DNA of 43,022 bases, taken from positions 1 through 43,022 of IMG/VR virus record IMGVR_UViG_3300032074_000009, one strand, 5' to 3'. This document shows positions 1 to 8,285 of this stretch, one piece after another (the first letter of the stretch is position 1; every line of letters begins with the position of its first letter). This DNA comes from a virus (taxonomy: Duplodnaviria > Caudoviricetes). The notes under the pieces are model-generated. The model did no database searches, had not been told where the DNA came from, and saw only the letters and a program-made list of their open reading frames with translations. Both the position numbers and the translations under genes were made by a program.

Positions 1-42
1 CTCGTACCCCCATACCCCTCAACTTTCGGTGTACCCCCCCAC

Positions 43-110
43 TCACGGGTCCGTGAGGTCGGGGGAGGGGGTCGGGAGGTCACGGCGCCGTGAGGCGTGA
101 GGGGGTCGGG
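43..110. repeat. Terminal repeat cluster: palindrome TCACGG-NN-CCGTGA x2 and direct repeat GAGGGGGTCGGG x2; candidate cos-associated sites
   Basis: Palindromes at 43-56 and 80-93, direct repeats at 65-76 and 99-110, C-runs at 6-40. Function is inferred from position only. Confidence 0.55.
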
Positions 111-261
111 CGCCGATCGGCCCCGGAGGCGAACGAAAGCCGCCAGGGGAGGCCCGCCAGAGGCTTTCAGGCGTCGGGGGCTACCACCCTAGCGGGCACC
201 CCGCCGAACCGCCCTGTAGCCCGCCCTGCGCAGCCCGCGCGGGGCATGTCTGCCTGCGGGT

Positions 262-375
262 CTAGCCCGCCAGGAACAGCGCCACCCGATACAGCCCGTA
301 CATCGCGCCCCATGCGACGATGCCCAGCAGCACGAGCGCCACGGTGTCGGCGCCGTTCGGCCCGCGCCCGGTCAT
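262..375 (-). CDS. 37-aa single-TM peptide
   Basis: Hand-translated MTGRGPNGADTVALVLLGIVAWGAMYGLYRVALFLAG; TGATG overlap with the upstream stop. Confidence 0.55.
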   Translation of the reverse strand: MTGRGPNGADTVALVLLGIVAWGAMYGLYRVALFLAG

Positions 376-458
376 CAGCCGAACAGCAGGCCGACGAACA
401 CGGCGGCATAGGCCAGCCATGCCGCCAGCCGTGCCAGGTCATCGAGCCAGCCCATCAT
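375..458 (-). CDS. 27-aa hydrophobic peptide
   Basis: MMGWLDDLARLAAWLAYAAVFVGLLFG; ATGA coupling to 455..730. Confidence 0.5.
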   Translation of the reverse strand: MMGWLDDLARLAAWLAYAAVFVGLLFG

Positions 459-730
459 TCCCGCACCTCGGGCAGCGGGGCGGGGTCTCGGCCGGCGATG
501 TGATCGGCCCATGCCTGGTCGGCGTCGAGCGGCCCCATGGCAGGCGCCGAGCCCTTCGCCAGGTCGTCGAGCCCGAGCGCCGACAGGCACGCCATCAGCA
601 CCCAACGCCCCTCGTGAGCCTGGCCGTTGACGGCGAGGCGCGTCGTCTCGGCAGCCGAGCGCCATTCCCACAGCGCCCCGGCGAGGAAGCCCGAGCGAAA
701 CGCCGCTTCGTGGTCGGGTGCGTCAGTCAT
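455..730 (-). CDS. Hypothetical protein
   Basis: MTDAPDHEAAF...; overlaps the upstream stop in a coupled gene chain. Confidence 0.6.
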   Translation of the reverse strand: MTDAPDHEAAFRSGFLAGALWEWRSAAETTRLAVNGQAHEGRWVLMACLSALGLDDLAKGSAPAMGPLDADQAWADHIAGRDPAPLPEVRE

Positions 731-1001
731 CGGCCAGGCGCCGCAGCCCGAGCACCCGCAGCGCCGAGGCATCGAGCATCGACAGGTCGGTGCCCTGCCG
801 CACCACGACAACCTGGCGGGGATCGCAGCGCATCCGGTCGGCGAGGCGCAGCATCAGCCCCTCAACCCGAGCCCGGTTGGCGGGGTTCAGGTCATCGGGC
901 ACGGTGACGAGCACCACGGCGTCGGGCGCCGGCGGCGGGATGACGCGCGCCGCCACGTCGCCGAACATCAGCACCTCGGCCGCGCTTGCCGTGTCGATCA
1001 T
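723..1001 (-). CDS. Hypothetical protein
   Basis: MIDTASAAEV...; ATGA coupling. Confidence 0.6.
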   Translation of the reverse strand: MIDTASAAEVLMFGDVAARVIPPPAPDAVVLVTVPDDLNPANRARVEGLMLRLADRMRCDPRQVVVVRQGTDLSMLDASALRVLGLRRLADD

Positions 1002-1087
1002 GGCCGGTCGCCGATCGCCGACAGCAGAAACCACGGGCCAAAGAACCCGAGCACGATGCCGAGGATTAGGCCGAGGGTGAACGTCAT
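998..1087 (-). CDS. 29-aa single-TM peptide
   Basis: MTFTLGLILGIVLGFFGPWFLLSAIGDRP; ATGA overlaps at both ends. Confidence 0.6.
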   Translation of the reverse strand: MTFTLGLILGIVLGFFGPWFLLSAIGDRP

Positions 1088-1371
1088 GCGCCGCGCCTTC
1101 CGTGCATTCGGTTGTGACAGCGGCGATGCACAGCCCGCAGATTGTGCATCGCGTCGGTCCCGCCGTTGCGTCGCTCGACGAGGTGATGCGCGGTATCGGC
1201 GCCGAGCCGGCCGCAGTAGCAGCATTGCCCGCCGTCGCGCTCGATGACGGCGAGCGCCGTGCGCCGCCATTGCATCGTGCCGTAACTGCGGGCGTGCTCG
1301 TCGCGCAGTCGCGGGCTCGGCGGGTTCGGTGTCCAGCCGGCGGGCCGGTGCTGCGGCGGGCGCGTCGGCAT
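1084..1371 (-). CDS. HNH endonuclease, terminase-associated (HK97 gp74-like)
   Basis: W..(x)RDGGQCCYCG...AHH...GG....NLRAVHRRCHNRMH; lies upstream of cos/terS. Confidence 0.88.
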   Translation of the reverse strand: MPTRPPQHRPAGWTPNPPSPRLRDEHARSYGTMQWRRTALAVIERDGGQCCYCGRLGADTAHHLVERRNGGTDAMHNLRAVHRRCHNRMHGRRGA

Positions 1372-1510
1372 CAGCCCGCCAACGTCAGCAGGTCGACCGC
1401 GAGGCGGCAAAGCGACGCAGCACGGGGCGCGTCGCCTTGCTCGCTGGCATTGTGCGCTTGGGCAAAGAATACCTCGGCCATTGCGACGAGCCAGGCAGTC
1501 GGGGCGGGGT

Positions 1511-2149
1511 TCATCGTGCTGCCACAAGCTCGCGGCCGAGCGTCGCCGGCACCTTGCGCCCTAGCAGCGACAGCAGCACGCGAACCCGCGTCCCGTCATC
1601 CCAAAGGCACACGCCCGCCTGGTCGACCATCGGCCCGTCGGTGATACGCACCTCGGCACCGGCCGCCATCAGCGCCGGCGCCAGGTCGCGGGTGATCGGC
1701 TTGGCCCATCCCTCGGCAAGCATCGCCTCGACGACGCCCGCTGGCAGCGGCTCGGGGCGCTCGCCGCCGACGATGCGCTGCACGCCGTCGGTGTGCCACG
1801 CGTTGCGCCAGCCTGGCTCGTCGCAGCGATCGAAGCGCACGAACGCGTACCTCGGCCCGAATAGCGGCACCTGACGCACGGTGCGGCGCCTGGCGTGCCT
1901 GCGCTCGACGGCGACGGAAGGGACGAACGCGCCGAAGCCGCGCCGCCCGAGGGTGTCGACGACGCGCTGCCAAATCGGCCGGGGATCATGCGCCGGGGGG
2001 TGCGCCTCGTGCCGCAGCAGCGCGCAGAACCATCGCGGGCCGCAATAGCTGCCGCAGGCCGGGTGAAGCCCCGCGCCTGCCAGGTCATCGGCTACCTCGC
2101 CGCCGCCCCTTGCGTCAACGAGAAACACGCGCCCCGGTTGTGCGGTCAT
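1511..2149 (-). CDS. NusG/RfaH-family antitermination protein
   Basis: PLFGPRYAFVRF and GVQRIVG..PEPLP (NGN domain), KOW-like GAEVRITDGP, RVRVLLSLLGR; sits in the lambda Q position. Confidence 0.85.
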   Translation of the reverse strand: MTAQPGRVFLVDARGGGEVADDLAGAGLHPACGSYCGPRWFCALLRHEAHPPAHDPRPIWQRVVDTLGRRGFGAFVPSVAVERRHARRRTVRQVPLFGPRYAFVRFDRCDEPGWRNAWHTDGVQRIVGGERPEPLPAGVVEAMLAEGWAKPITRDLAPALMAAGAEVRITDGPMVDQAGVCLWDDGTRVRVLLSLLGRKVPATLGRELVAAR

Positions 2150-2337
2150 TCGCTGCGATCCTCGGCATCGCCCATCGGATCGACGGGATAGCCCGGCGCG
2201 TCGGGCTGCCGGGGCGGCGCCGGGTCGAGCGTCGGGCCGCGCGCGCCGGGCTCGGGCAGCGGCGTGAACATCGACGCCGTGAACGCCCGAGCGACGCGCG
2301 GGCTGACTTCGCCCCGAGGTCGGCGCCGCCGGTTCAC
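2146..2337 (-). CDS. Pro-rich hypothetical protein
   Basis: GTGA and ATGA overlaps fill the gap between neighbours exactly. Confidence 0.4.
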   Translation of the reverse strand: MNRRRRPRGEVSPRVARAFTASMFTPLPEPGARGPTLDPAPPRQPDAPGYPVDPMGDAEDRSE

Positions 2338-2597
2338 GCGTTGCCCGCCACGCCGTCGGCGGGAACCGGCACGAGGTCGGTTCGCAGTCCCGCCCCGTTC
2401 AGTCGTTCGGCCAGGTAGTGCGCCACGCGATCGGCGGCCCGGCGGAAGTCGTCGGCGGTGCCGTCGGGGAAGCACGCGAGCGCGGCGGCAGCAGTCAGCC
2501 CGGCCGGGGCGCTGGCGCCGATGACGCCCGAGGCGATGACGAGCGCCAGGTCGTCGCGGTCGATCACGAGCATCGACACGTCGGGGGGGTTGCTCAT
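2334..2597 (-). CDS. Hypothetical protein
   Basis: 87-aa ORF coupled to both neighbours. Confidence 0.6.
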   Translation of the reverse strand: MSNPPDVSMLVIDRDDLALVIASGVIGASAPAGLTAAAALACFPDGTADDFRRAADRVAHYLAERLNGAGLRTDLVPVPADGVAGNA

Positions 2598-3400
2598 GCG
2601 GCGGGTTCCTCGGTTGCGATGCGCTCGCGTAGCCAGGCGATGCGCTGTGCCGCGTTCGGCGGCGGGTCATTGCTCGCCGCCTCGCGTTCAAACCGCGCCA
2701 GCCGCGCCCGCAACTCGTCGAGCGTCAGCGGTCGGCCGGGCTCGTGCGGGTCGGCAGGCGGCGGCGGGTTGTCGTCGGGCGCGGATTGCGATGCCCGCGC
2801 CCCCTCCCGAGCAACGGGCGGCTCGGGCGCGGCGGGTCTCGCCGGCTGGTCGGGTGTTGGCTTGGGCCGCCTGGCATCCGGCGAGCGCAAGGCTGCCGCG
2901 ACCGCAGCAGCGACGCTCTCGGCCGCCCGTGCCTTGTCGCGGCGTACCTCGGCAGCGTGCGCTTCCTCGGCGGCAAGCTCGGTCGAGTAGAACGCCGCCA
3001 TGATGCCGCGAAGCTCGTCGGGCTCGGCGTATCGCTTGGCGAGGCTCAGGAGGTGCGCCCGATCGCCGCCGCCGACGAGCCGCGACGCGATGAACCCGTG
3101 CCAGTAGCCCGCGCCGGGTTGTGCCCCGCCGTCGATCGCCGGGCGCGTCGGGGCCGGGCGGTTGTCGCGCCAGAAATCGGCGAGCGCCGTGCGCACGAGC
3201 CCGTAGGTCGGGAAGCCCTTGCAGCGCCCGGCGACGGCTTCCAGCGAGTTGCGCGTGAAGGCCGAGGCCGGGAAATGCTGGCCGAGTTGCTGCCCGTATG
3301 CCGCGAGCTTGGTTTTTGCCTCGGCGATCGGCATTCGCCCGCTGACAAGCTCGCCGAGCCCGCGCAGCCATTCGCCGAGGGGAACCGCCGGGTCAGTCAT
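2594..3400 (-). CDS. Putative helicase loader / replication accessory protein (lambda P position)
   Basis: Directly follows the initiator; the helical N-terminus ending ...CKGFPTYGLVR resembles loader-type proteins. Function inferred. Confidence 0.5.
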   Translation of the reverse strand: MTDPAVPLGEWLRGLGELVSGRMPIAEAKTKLAAYGQQLGQHFPASAFTRNSLEAVAGRCKGFPTYGLVRTALADFWRDNRPAPTRPAIDGGAQPGAGYWHGFIASRLVGGGDRAHLLSLAKRYAEPDELRGIMAAFYSTELAAEEAHAAEVRRDKARAAESVAAAVAAALRSPDARRPKPTPDQPARPAAPEPPVAREGARASQSAPDDNPPPPADPHEPGRPLTLDELRARLARFEREAASNDPPPNAAQRIAWLRERIATEEPAA

Positions 3401-4235
3401 GGCCGAGCCTCCCGACCTGCGGCGCGAACACGGGGTTCGTTCGGGTGCCCCAAGGGTCATCTTCCACGGGCGCCGACGCGAAGCCCGGTTCCCGGTCGAG
3501 CCAGAGCCGAAACTGCGCCTGCCAGTCGGCCGAGCGTTTCGCGCCCCGCGCCGCATCGTCGCGGAACATGCGCAGGCACCGGGGGAGGTCGAGCCCGAGC
3601 GTCTGCGCCAGCGTTGCCGCAACCGCGTCGGGTGCAAAGTCGTCAGGCAGGGGTTGGAACCGGCTCGGTTTCGCTTTCCCTCCCTCGATGACTTTCAGCC
3701 CCGCAGGGGGCGCCGGGGCGGGAGGCGGCGGCGCAGCCGTCGCGCGCTCTCTCTCCCCCTTGGGGGGTTCTATGAGGGGTTCATAAGAAGTCGGGTGCAG
3801 CCCATTGCACCCTTTGCGACGCTGTATTGCACCCTTTGGTGTCGGATATTGCACCCTTTGGCCCGCCGGGGCGTGCCCATTGGGTGCAGCCGGTTGCACC
3901 CTATCGGGGCCGGTAAAGGGTGCAGCCGGTTGCGCCTTTTGCGGCTCGGGAGGGGGCGCCGCTGCCGCTTCCGTCAGGGGTAGTTTGTAACGGGTCGGGT
4001 TGCCCTTTCCGCCCCCTGGCACGTCGACCGCGACGAGCCGTTGCGCTTCCAGAGAGCGCAAAACGTACTGCGTCATGCGCTCGCTTAGGCCCGCCATGCC
4101 GGCGAGCCGCTGCACACCCGGATAGACCTTGCAGCCCCGCCGGTCGGCGAATTGCGCCATAGCGACGAGCACGAGCTTTTCGGTCGGGGTTTTGGTCGCC
4201 TGCTGCCAGGCCCAATCGCGCGCTTCGTTGCTCAT
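3393..4235 (-). CDS. Replication initiator, HTH_36 / lambda O-like
   Basis: MSNEARDWAW...EKLVLVAMA..AD....YPGVQRLA..AGLSER; C-terminal DWQAQFRLWL; internal iterons. Confidence 0.85.
   Translation of the reverse strand: MSNEARDWAWQQATKTPTEKLVLVAMAQFADRRGCKVYPGVQRLAGMAGLSERMTQYVLRSLEAQRLVAVDVPGGGKGNPTRYKLPLTEAAAAPPPEPQKAQPAAPFTGPDRVQPAAPNGHAPAGQRVQYPTPKGAIQRRKGCNGLHPTSYEPLIEPPKGERERATAAPPPPAPAPPAGLKVIEGGKAKPSRFQPLPDDFAPDAVAATLAQTLGLDLPRCLRMFRDDAARGAKRSADWQAQFRLWLDREPGFASAPVEDDPWGTRTNPVFAPQVGRLGHD
3793..3937. repeat. Iterons / replication origin inside the initiator gene
   Basis: ATTGCACCCTTTG at 3804, 3826 and 3848 (22-bp period); palindromes GGGTGCAGCC-NN-TTGCACCC at 3793, 3882 and, degenerate, 3918. 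Confidence 0.8.
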
Positions 4236-4360
4236 GCGCGCGACGCTCCCGCCAGTGTGACGCGGGAGGTTTGGGCAAGCCCGGCGCGCGAGCGCACGAC
4301 AGGCTTGCCACCCAATAGCCAATACGGCATTGTGCGGCTTCCAGGGTTAGAGTTGCGGCA

Positions 4361-4394
4361 GGCGGCACGGCTGAACCCCGTGCCGCCTTTTTTT
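4361..4394 (+). terminator. Intrinsic terminator antisense to the early-left operon
   Basis: 10-bp stem GGCGGCACGG/CCGTGCCGCC followed by T7 on the + strand. Confidence 0.75.
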
Positions 4395-4446
4395 ATGGTG
4401 CCAGCGTTTCCCGCTTGGGCGCCAGCCCTTTGCCGGCCCGGCACTA

Positions 4447-4737
4447 TCAACGATCCCCGTGCAGAGCTTCCGAGACCCTGCCCCCATCGACGCCGAACCG
4501 CTGGCCGATCGCCCGGTTCGGCATGTCGGGGTGCAGCCGGGCATAGCGCCGCAGCGCCTCGGCAAGCTCGGCGTCGACCGGCGGGCTACGCCTGCGGGCC
4601 GGCTTCCGCGCCATCGGCCGGCGGAATAGCTCGGCCCGCGCCGCCAGTAGCCGAACCGCCAGGTCGCGGTGCCCGCGCACCGTCAGCGCCGCCACAACCT
4701 CGTCGATCATGTCGCGGGCGAGGGGAATATTGCTCAT
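4447..4737 (-). CDS. Small HTH DNA-binding protein
   Basis: C-terminal PDMPNRAIGQRFGVDGGRVSEAL. Confidence 0.7.
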   Translation of the reverse strand: MSNIPLARDMIDEVVAALTVRGHRDLAVRLLAARAELFRRPMARKPARRRSPPVDAELAEALRRYARLHPDMPNRAIGQRFGVDGGRVSEALHGDR

Positions 4738-4970
4738 GCCTGCATCCCCTTGTTGTTCGCAAAAAGCTCTGCCTGCCGCCACGCGCTGAACCGGCGCGAC
4801 CATCGGCAGCAGCCGCACACGGGCGCCGCGCCCTTGCGGGGCTTGGGTTCGCCCGCCTGCCAGGCCGGCAGGCCGCAGCCGTCGCAGGCCAGGCGCACGG
4901 CGCCCTCGGGCGGCGCGATGATGTCGGGCTCGCGGCTCGCCTTCCGCCGCCGCCGAGGCGCGATGTTCAT
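4734..4970 (-). CDS. Cys-rich hypothetical protein
   Basis: CDGC...CGCC; coupled start and stop. Confidence 0.55.
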   Translation of the reverse strand: MNIAPRRRRKASREPDIIAPPEGAVRLACDGCGLPAWQAGEPKPRKGAAPVCGCCRWSRRFSAWRQAELFANNKGMQA

Positions 4971-5113
4971 GCCCGTTTACCGCCCCCTGTTTTGCGCAAC
5001 CCAAGCCGGCGGCGGCTGTCGCGCACCGCGCCCTCGGTCAGCCCGAGCGCCTCGCCGGTCGCCCAATCGGGCAGGCTGAATGCCCAAGCGAACGCGATCG
5101 CCAATTCCCTCAT
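4967..5113 (-). CDS. 48-aa HTH-like protein
   Basis: MRELAIAF...GEALGLTEGAVRDSRRRLGL; ATGA overlap with the rusA stop. Confidence 0.55.
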   Translation of the reverse strand: MRELAIAFAWAFSLPDWATGEALGLTEGAVRDSRRRLGLRKTGGGKRA

Positions 5114-5598
5114 GCCGGCATGACCTGGCGCACCCGCGCGACCATCTTCGCCTCGGGGCCGTAGCGTTTGCGCACGGTCGCGTCGGAAACCTGCGCGTCG
5201 TCGGCCCACAGCAGGCCGTTGCTCGCGTCGCAGAACAGTTTCAGCAGGTTGTCGGCGTCGGGCTTGCCGGTCGGCCGCAGCAGCCCCGACAGCGCGGCGT
5301 GCCTCTTGCGCTGCGACCACGACGGCGGAACCGACCGGATGGTGACAAGCTCAAGCTCGACGGCACCGGCGAGCATCGGCTTTCCGACCTGCTGCCAAAT
5401 GCACGAGCGCACCCAAGCCTCGGCGTTCTCGGTCTCGGCAGGCGTGTAGCTGTGCCCGGTGAACCGATTGCGGCCGGCGCGTTGCTTGCCTCGCGGCTCG
5501 CCGGGTATCTCGACGATGTAGCTGCCGCCGGCGGGGCCGCCGCCGAGCTTGTCGATTTCCGCCGACAGCGGCAGCACGAGGTCGACAAACGCCGTCAT
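5110..5598 (-). CDS. rusA: RusA-family Holliday junction resolvase
   Basis: IPGEPRGKQR...KPDADNLLKLFCDASNGLLWADDAQV. Confidence 0.92.
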   Translation of the reverse strand: MTAFVDLVLPLSAEIDKLGGGPAGGSYIVEIPGEPRGKQRAGRNRFTGHSYTPAETENAEAWVRSCIWQQVGKPMLAGAVELELVTIRSVPPSWSQRKRHAALSGLLRPTGKPDADNLLKLFCDASNGLLWADDAQVSDATVRKRYGPEAKMVARVRQVMPA

Positions 5599-5957
5599 CG
5601 CCAGGCGTCGCTTTTCTTGCAGTCGGCACACACCCGGTTTTCTGCGCCGTAGCTGCTGAACGAATGCCGGCACCGCAGGCACCGGCGAAGCACCGTGCGC
5701 GTCGTGCCCATTTCGGCCGCGCGCTCCCGTGCCGCCTGCCGGTCGGCTTCCGATACCGCCTCGATAAGCTCGCCGCGCTGGCGCAGTTTGATGAATAGCT
5801 TTTGCACGGCGGTCGGCGAGCGGTCGGTGCCGAATTCGCGGCACAGCAACAGCGCGATCGTGCTGAAAACATAGCCCTCGCCGCGCAGCGCCTTCGCCCG
5901 CGCAAGCTCTGCCCCGCCCCATGCGCGGGTTTCCTGCTGCTGCTGATGCGCGCTCAC
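5595..5957 (-). CDS. GcrA-like N-terminal HTH plus C-terminal Zn finger
   Basis: W...ELARAKALRGEGYVFSTIALLL...RSPTAV, then RRCLRC...NRVCADCK; GTGA overlap start. Confidence 0.55.
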   Translation of the reverse strand: MSAHQQQQETRAWGGAELARAKALRGEGYVFSTIALLLCREFGTDRSPTAVQKLFIKLRQRGELIEAVSEADRQAARERAAEMGTTRTVLRRCLRCRHSFSSYGAENRVCADCKKSDAWR

Positions 5958-6259
5958 TTGTCGGCGGCCCGCCGGATCGCCACCGCGCCGGGCTGCCGCG
6001 CGAGACGCTGCCGCAGCGTCGCCAGCCGCACGCATGGCGGGCAAACCGGCAGCGGCCCCATCGACAGCACCTCGTCGCCGCAGTCATCGCAGCGGCGCGC
6101 CGTCAGGCAGAGCACGCGCCCGAGGTCGCCAGCGCGCCGAGACGAGCGGGGGAGGGCGCCCGCCTCGGCGTTCTGGCCCGGTGCCGGGAAGGGGGCGGCA
6201 CCGACCGCACCGGCGAGGGGGGAGCGCCCGCCGGTCACAGGGGAGGGGCGGGGCTTCAC
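5954..6259 (-). CDS. Zn-finger hypothetical protein
   Basis: CDDC...CPPC; coupled to the cro-like gene. Confidence 0.55.
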   Translation of the reverse strand: MKPRPSPVTGGRSPLAGAVGAAPFPAPGQNAEAGALPRSSRRAGDLGRVLCLTARRCDDCGDEVLSMGPLPVCPPCVRLATLRQRLARQPGAVAIRRAADK

Positions 6260-6561
6260 GCCGCCGCCTTCAATGCGTCTCGTGATGGTCGGCCCCGGCC
6301 CCGGCGGGCGCGGCGGGCTTTCGCTTCCGCCTCGCGCTGCGCGGCGCGTCCCTCGCGGGCAATTTGATCGGCAGTCGCCAGGCTTTCCAGCGAAACGCCC
6401 CTAACGCGCGCCGCCTTGCAGGCATTAACTACCCAAGGCCAGCGCCGAACCGGAATAGAGCGGGTGCGGCCCCATCGCCAAACAACCGTAGGGTGCAGCC
6501 CGAGGTCGCCGGCGACCTGCCAGTAGCCGCCGAGGCGCTCGATGATAGCCAAGTGATCCAT
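6256..6561 (-). CDS. Cro/YdaS-like repressor
   Basis: IIERLGG..QVAGDLGLHPTVVWRW....SIP; divergent from the cI-like gene. Confidence 0.8.
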   Translation of the reverse strand: MDHLAIIERLGGYWQVAGDLGLHPTVVWRWGRTRSIPVRRWPWVVNACKAARVRGVSLESLATADQIAREGRAAQREAEAKARRARRGRGRPSRDALKAAA

Positions 6562-6568
6562 GCCCGCG

Positions 6569-6597
6569 ACGGTATTGCCGGGCTGGCAATATGACAA
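6569..6597 (-). promoter_or_regulatory. Predicted cro promoter TTGTCA-N17-TACCGT with operator-like palindrome TATTGCC-N5-GGCAATA (6573-6591)
   Basis: Read directly from the sequence; the -10 ends 7 nt before the cro ATG. Confidence 0.65.
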
Positions 6598-6696
6598 GGG
6601 GCAATCGCTTCGCCGGCAGGCCCTTACGCAAAGATAACGCCGCCGCTCCCGCTTTGGCGCTTGTCGCGGTGCGTAGTGTCACCTAATGGAACGGCT

Positions 6697-6713
6697 ATAG
6701 CCGAAACGGCTAT
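6697..6713. promoter_or_regulatory. Palindrome ATAGCCG-AAA-CGGCTAT at the cI start
   Basis: Perfect 7-bp arms; operator role inferred. Confidence 0.4.
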
Positions 6714-7191
6714 GGAACCGTATATGGACAACATGCCAAGCAAGCCCGGCCGCGACCGCGAGACAGCGCGCGACGAGATACCGGAATACCGGCGCAAGGC
6801 AGCCGAGAGGCTGCGCCAGGCCCGTAGCGTCGTCGCCAATAGTCAGGCTGACGTTGCCCGCGCCATCGGCATCACGCCGATGCGCTGGTTCCGGTATGAG
6901 AGCGGCGAGCGTGAACTGAACCTCGATGTGCTCGCAAAATTCTGCCTGCTGTATGGCGTCTGCCCGCGCTGGATCGTCATTGGCGATCTAAAGAGCCATG
7001 TCCGTTGCCAGGATGGCCGACGGGTCGATGACGATTTTAAACGGGCGTTGCTGACGGCGTACCCTGAAATCAGACAAGCCCAAGGCTTGCTAGGGTCGAC
7101 GCTATCGCCGATCGCCGCGCTCCCAATAGCGCCGCGCTACGGAGCAAAGCGATCGGGCAATCAGGGAACAAGCCCCGCGCCCGGCGCATAA
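6712..7191 (+). CDS. CI-like XRE HTH repressor (start uncertain: 6712, 6724 or 6733)
   Basis: AERLRQAR....SQADVARAIGIT...WFRYESGERE...L..FC..YGV...WIV.G; no S24 peptidase domain seen. Confidence 0.85.
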   Translation: MEPYMDNMPSKPGRDRETARDEIPEYRRKAAERLRQARSVVANSQADVARAIGITPMRWFRYESGERELNLDVLAKFCLLYGVCPRWIVIGDLKSHVRCQDGRRVDDDFKRALLTAYPEIRQAQGLLGSTLSPIAALPIAPRYGAKRSGNQGTSPAPGA

Positions 7192-7715
7192 CTTCACAGC
7201 CGCCCCGCTTAGAACACTTGCCGCATACGGGCGGCACCGGGCCGCCCTCGTCGGGCTGGTCATCGTCGAGCACAATCGTAAGTTGCGGCAATGTCGCATC
7301 TCCGGGGAACTGTTGCCGCTCAGGCTACGCGGGGCGGTGACATAGGCCATAGCGTAACCCGTAGGCAATGCTGATTTTGTGCAACGCAGGAACGCCGTTC
7401 GTCGTCTGTCCCATTACGAACACTGGCGCATAACGCCGTCGTGAGTTGCCGTGGCATAAACGCGTCGCGTGTGGGGAACAATCCTCGCGCCCGGTTGCGC
7501 GAATAGCCTGTGCGGCAATACTGTGCCCCCTCATGCAATCCGCGAGGGGCCGCCGGTGCTGTCGACCGACCTAGAATGTTTGGCTGCGGCGCTGACGCCG
7601 CGCCCCGCCGTCGGCCCGCTTGTGGCGCCCGCGCCGCCGCCGCTGCCGCTCGTCGCTGCCATCCTGGCAAGCCTGGCCGACGATGCGCGCGCGCTGGAAA
7701 GCCAGCCGGTCGCCC

Positions 7716-8285
7716 GTGTCGAGCGGTGAAGATGATGCGCAGGCCGAGCTACGCGACGCGGTTGCCATGCTCGGCGCGCCTCCCATCGTCGAGCCCGATT
7801 TGCTCGGCTATTGCAGCCGCATCGTCGAGACCTGCGACGCCGCCGGCGCCGCCCTCGTCGCCGTGCGCCAGGCCAATAGCTTCCCGGCCGGGCTAGAGGC
7901 GGGCATTGCCGCCGCGCTCGCGCTCGATGTCGCCGGCGCGGCGCTGACGGCGGGGGTGAACTACCTCTCGGCGGTGCGCCAGCAGGTCGCGGCGCTGACG
8001 CGCGGCACCCGCGCAGCCGTCGGCGGCATCATGGTCTCGACGGGCTGCCCCGGTGTTCGCACCGCCTGGCACGACGCGCACCCCGTCGAGCCCGCGCCGC
8101 ATGTCGAGATTGACGCGCCGGCGCTGCTGCCTGCGCGCTTTTGGCGGGCACGCGATCCAGAGCCCGACCGCGCCGCGCTGCTGACGGCGTTGCGCTCGGG
8201 GCCGGTGCCTGGCGCCCGCCTGGCCTATGGCAACGCCTCGTTGCGCATCGTCTTTCGCAAGAATTCCTCGGGAGCTACCGCATGA
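7716..8285 (+). CDS. Siphovirus Gp157-like protein (start uncertain)
   Basis: C-terminal VEID...LLPARFWR...PEPDRAALLTALRSGPVPGARL......LRI; precedes the recombinase. Confidence 0.7.
   Translation: MSSGEDDAQAELRDAVAMLGAPPIVEPDLLGYCSRIVETCDAAGAALVAVRQANSFPAGLEAGIAAALALDVAGAALTAGVNYLSAVRQQVAALTRGTRAAVGGIMVSTGCPGVRTAWHDAHPVEPAPHVEIDAPALLPARFWRARDPEPDRAALLTALRSGPVPGARLAYGNASLRIVFRKNSSGATA

Noticed and set aside
6688-7500. GGAAC motifs as sigma-EcfG promoters
   Set aside because: None of those checked has CGTT at the expected 16-17 nt spacing.
7469-7729. Possible small + strand gene before the Gp157-like ORF
   Set aside because: Plausible, but start, RBS and product could not be supported.
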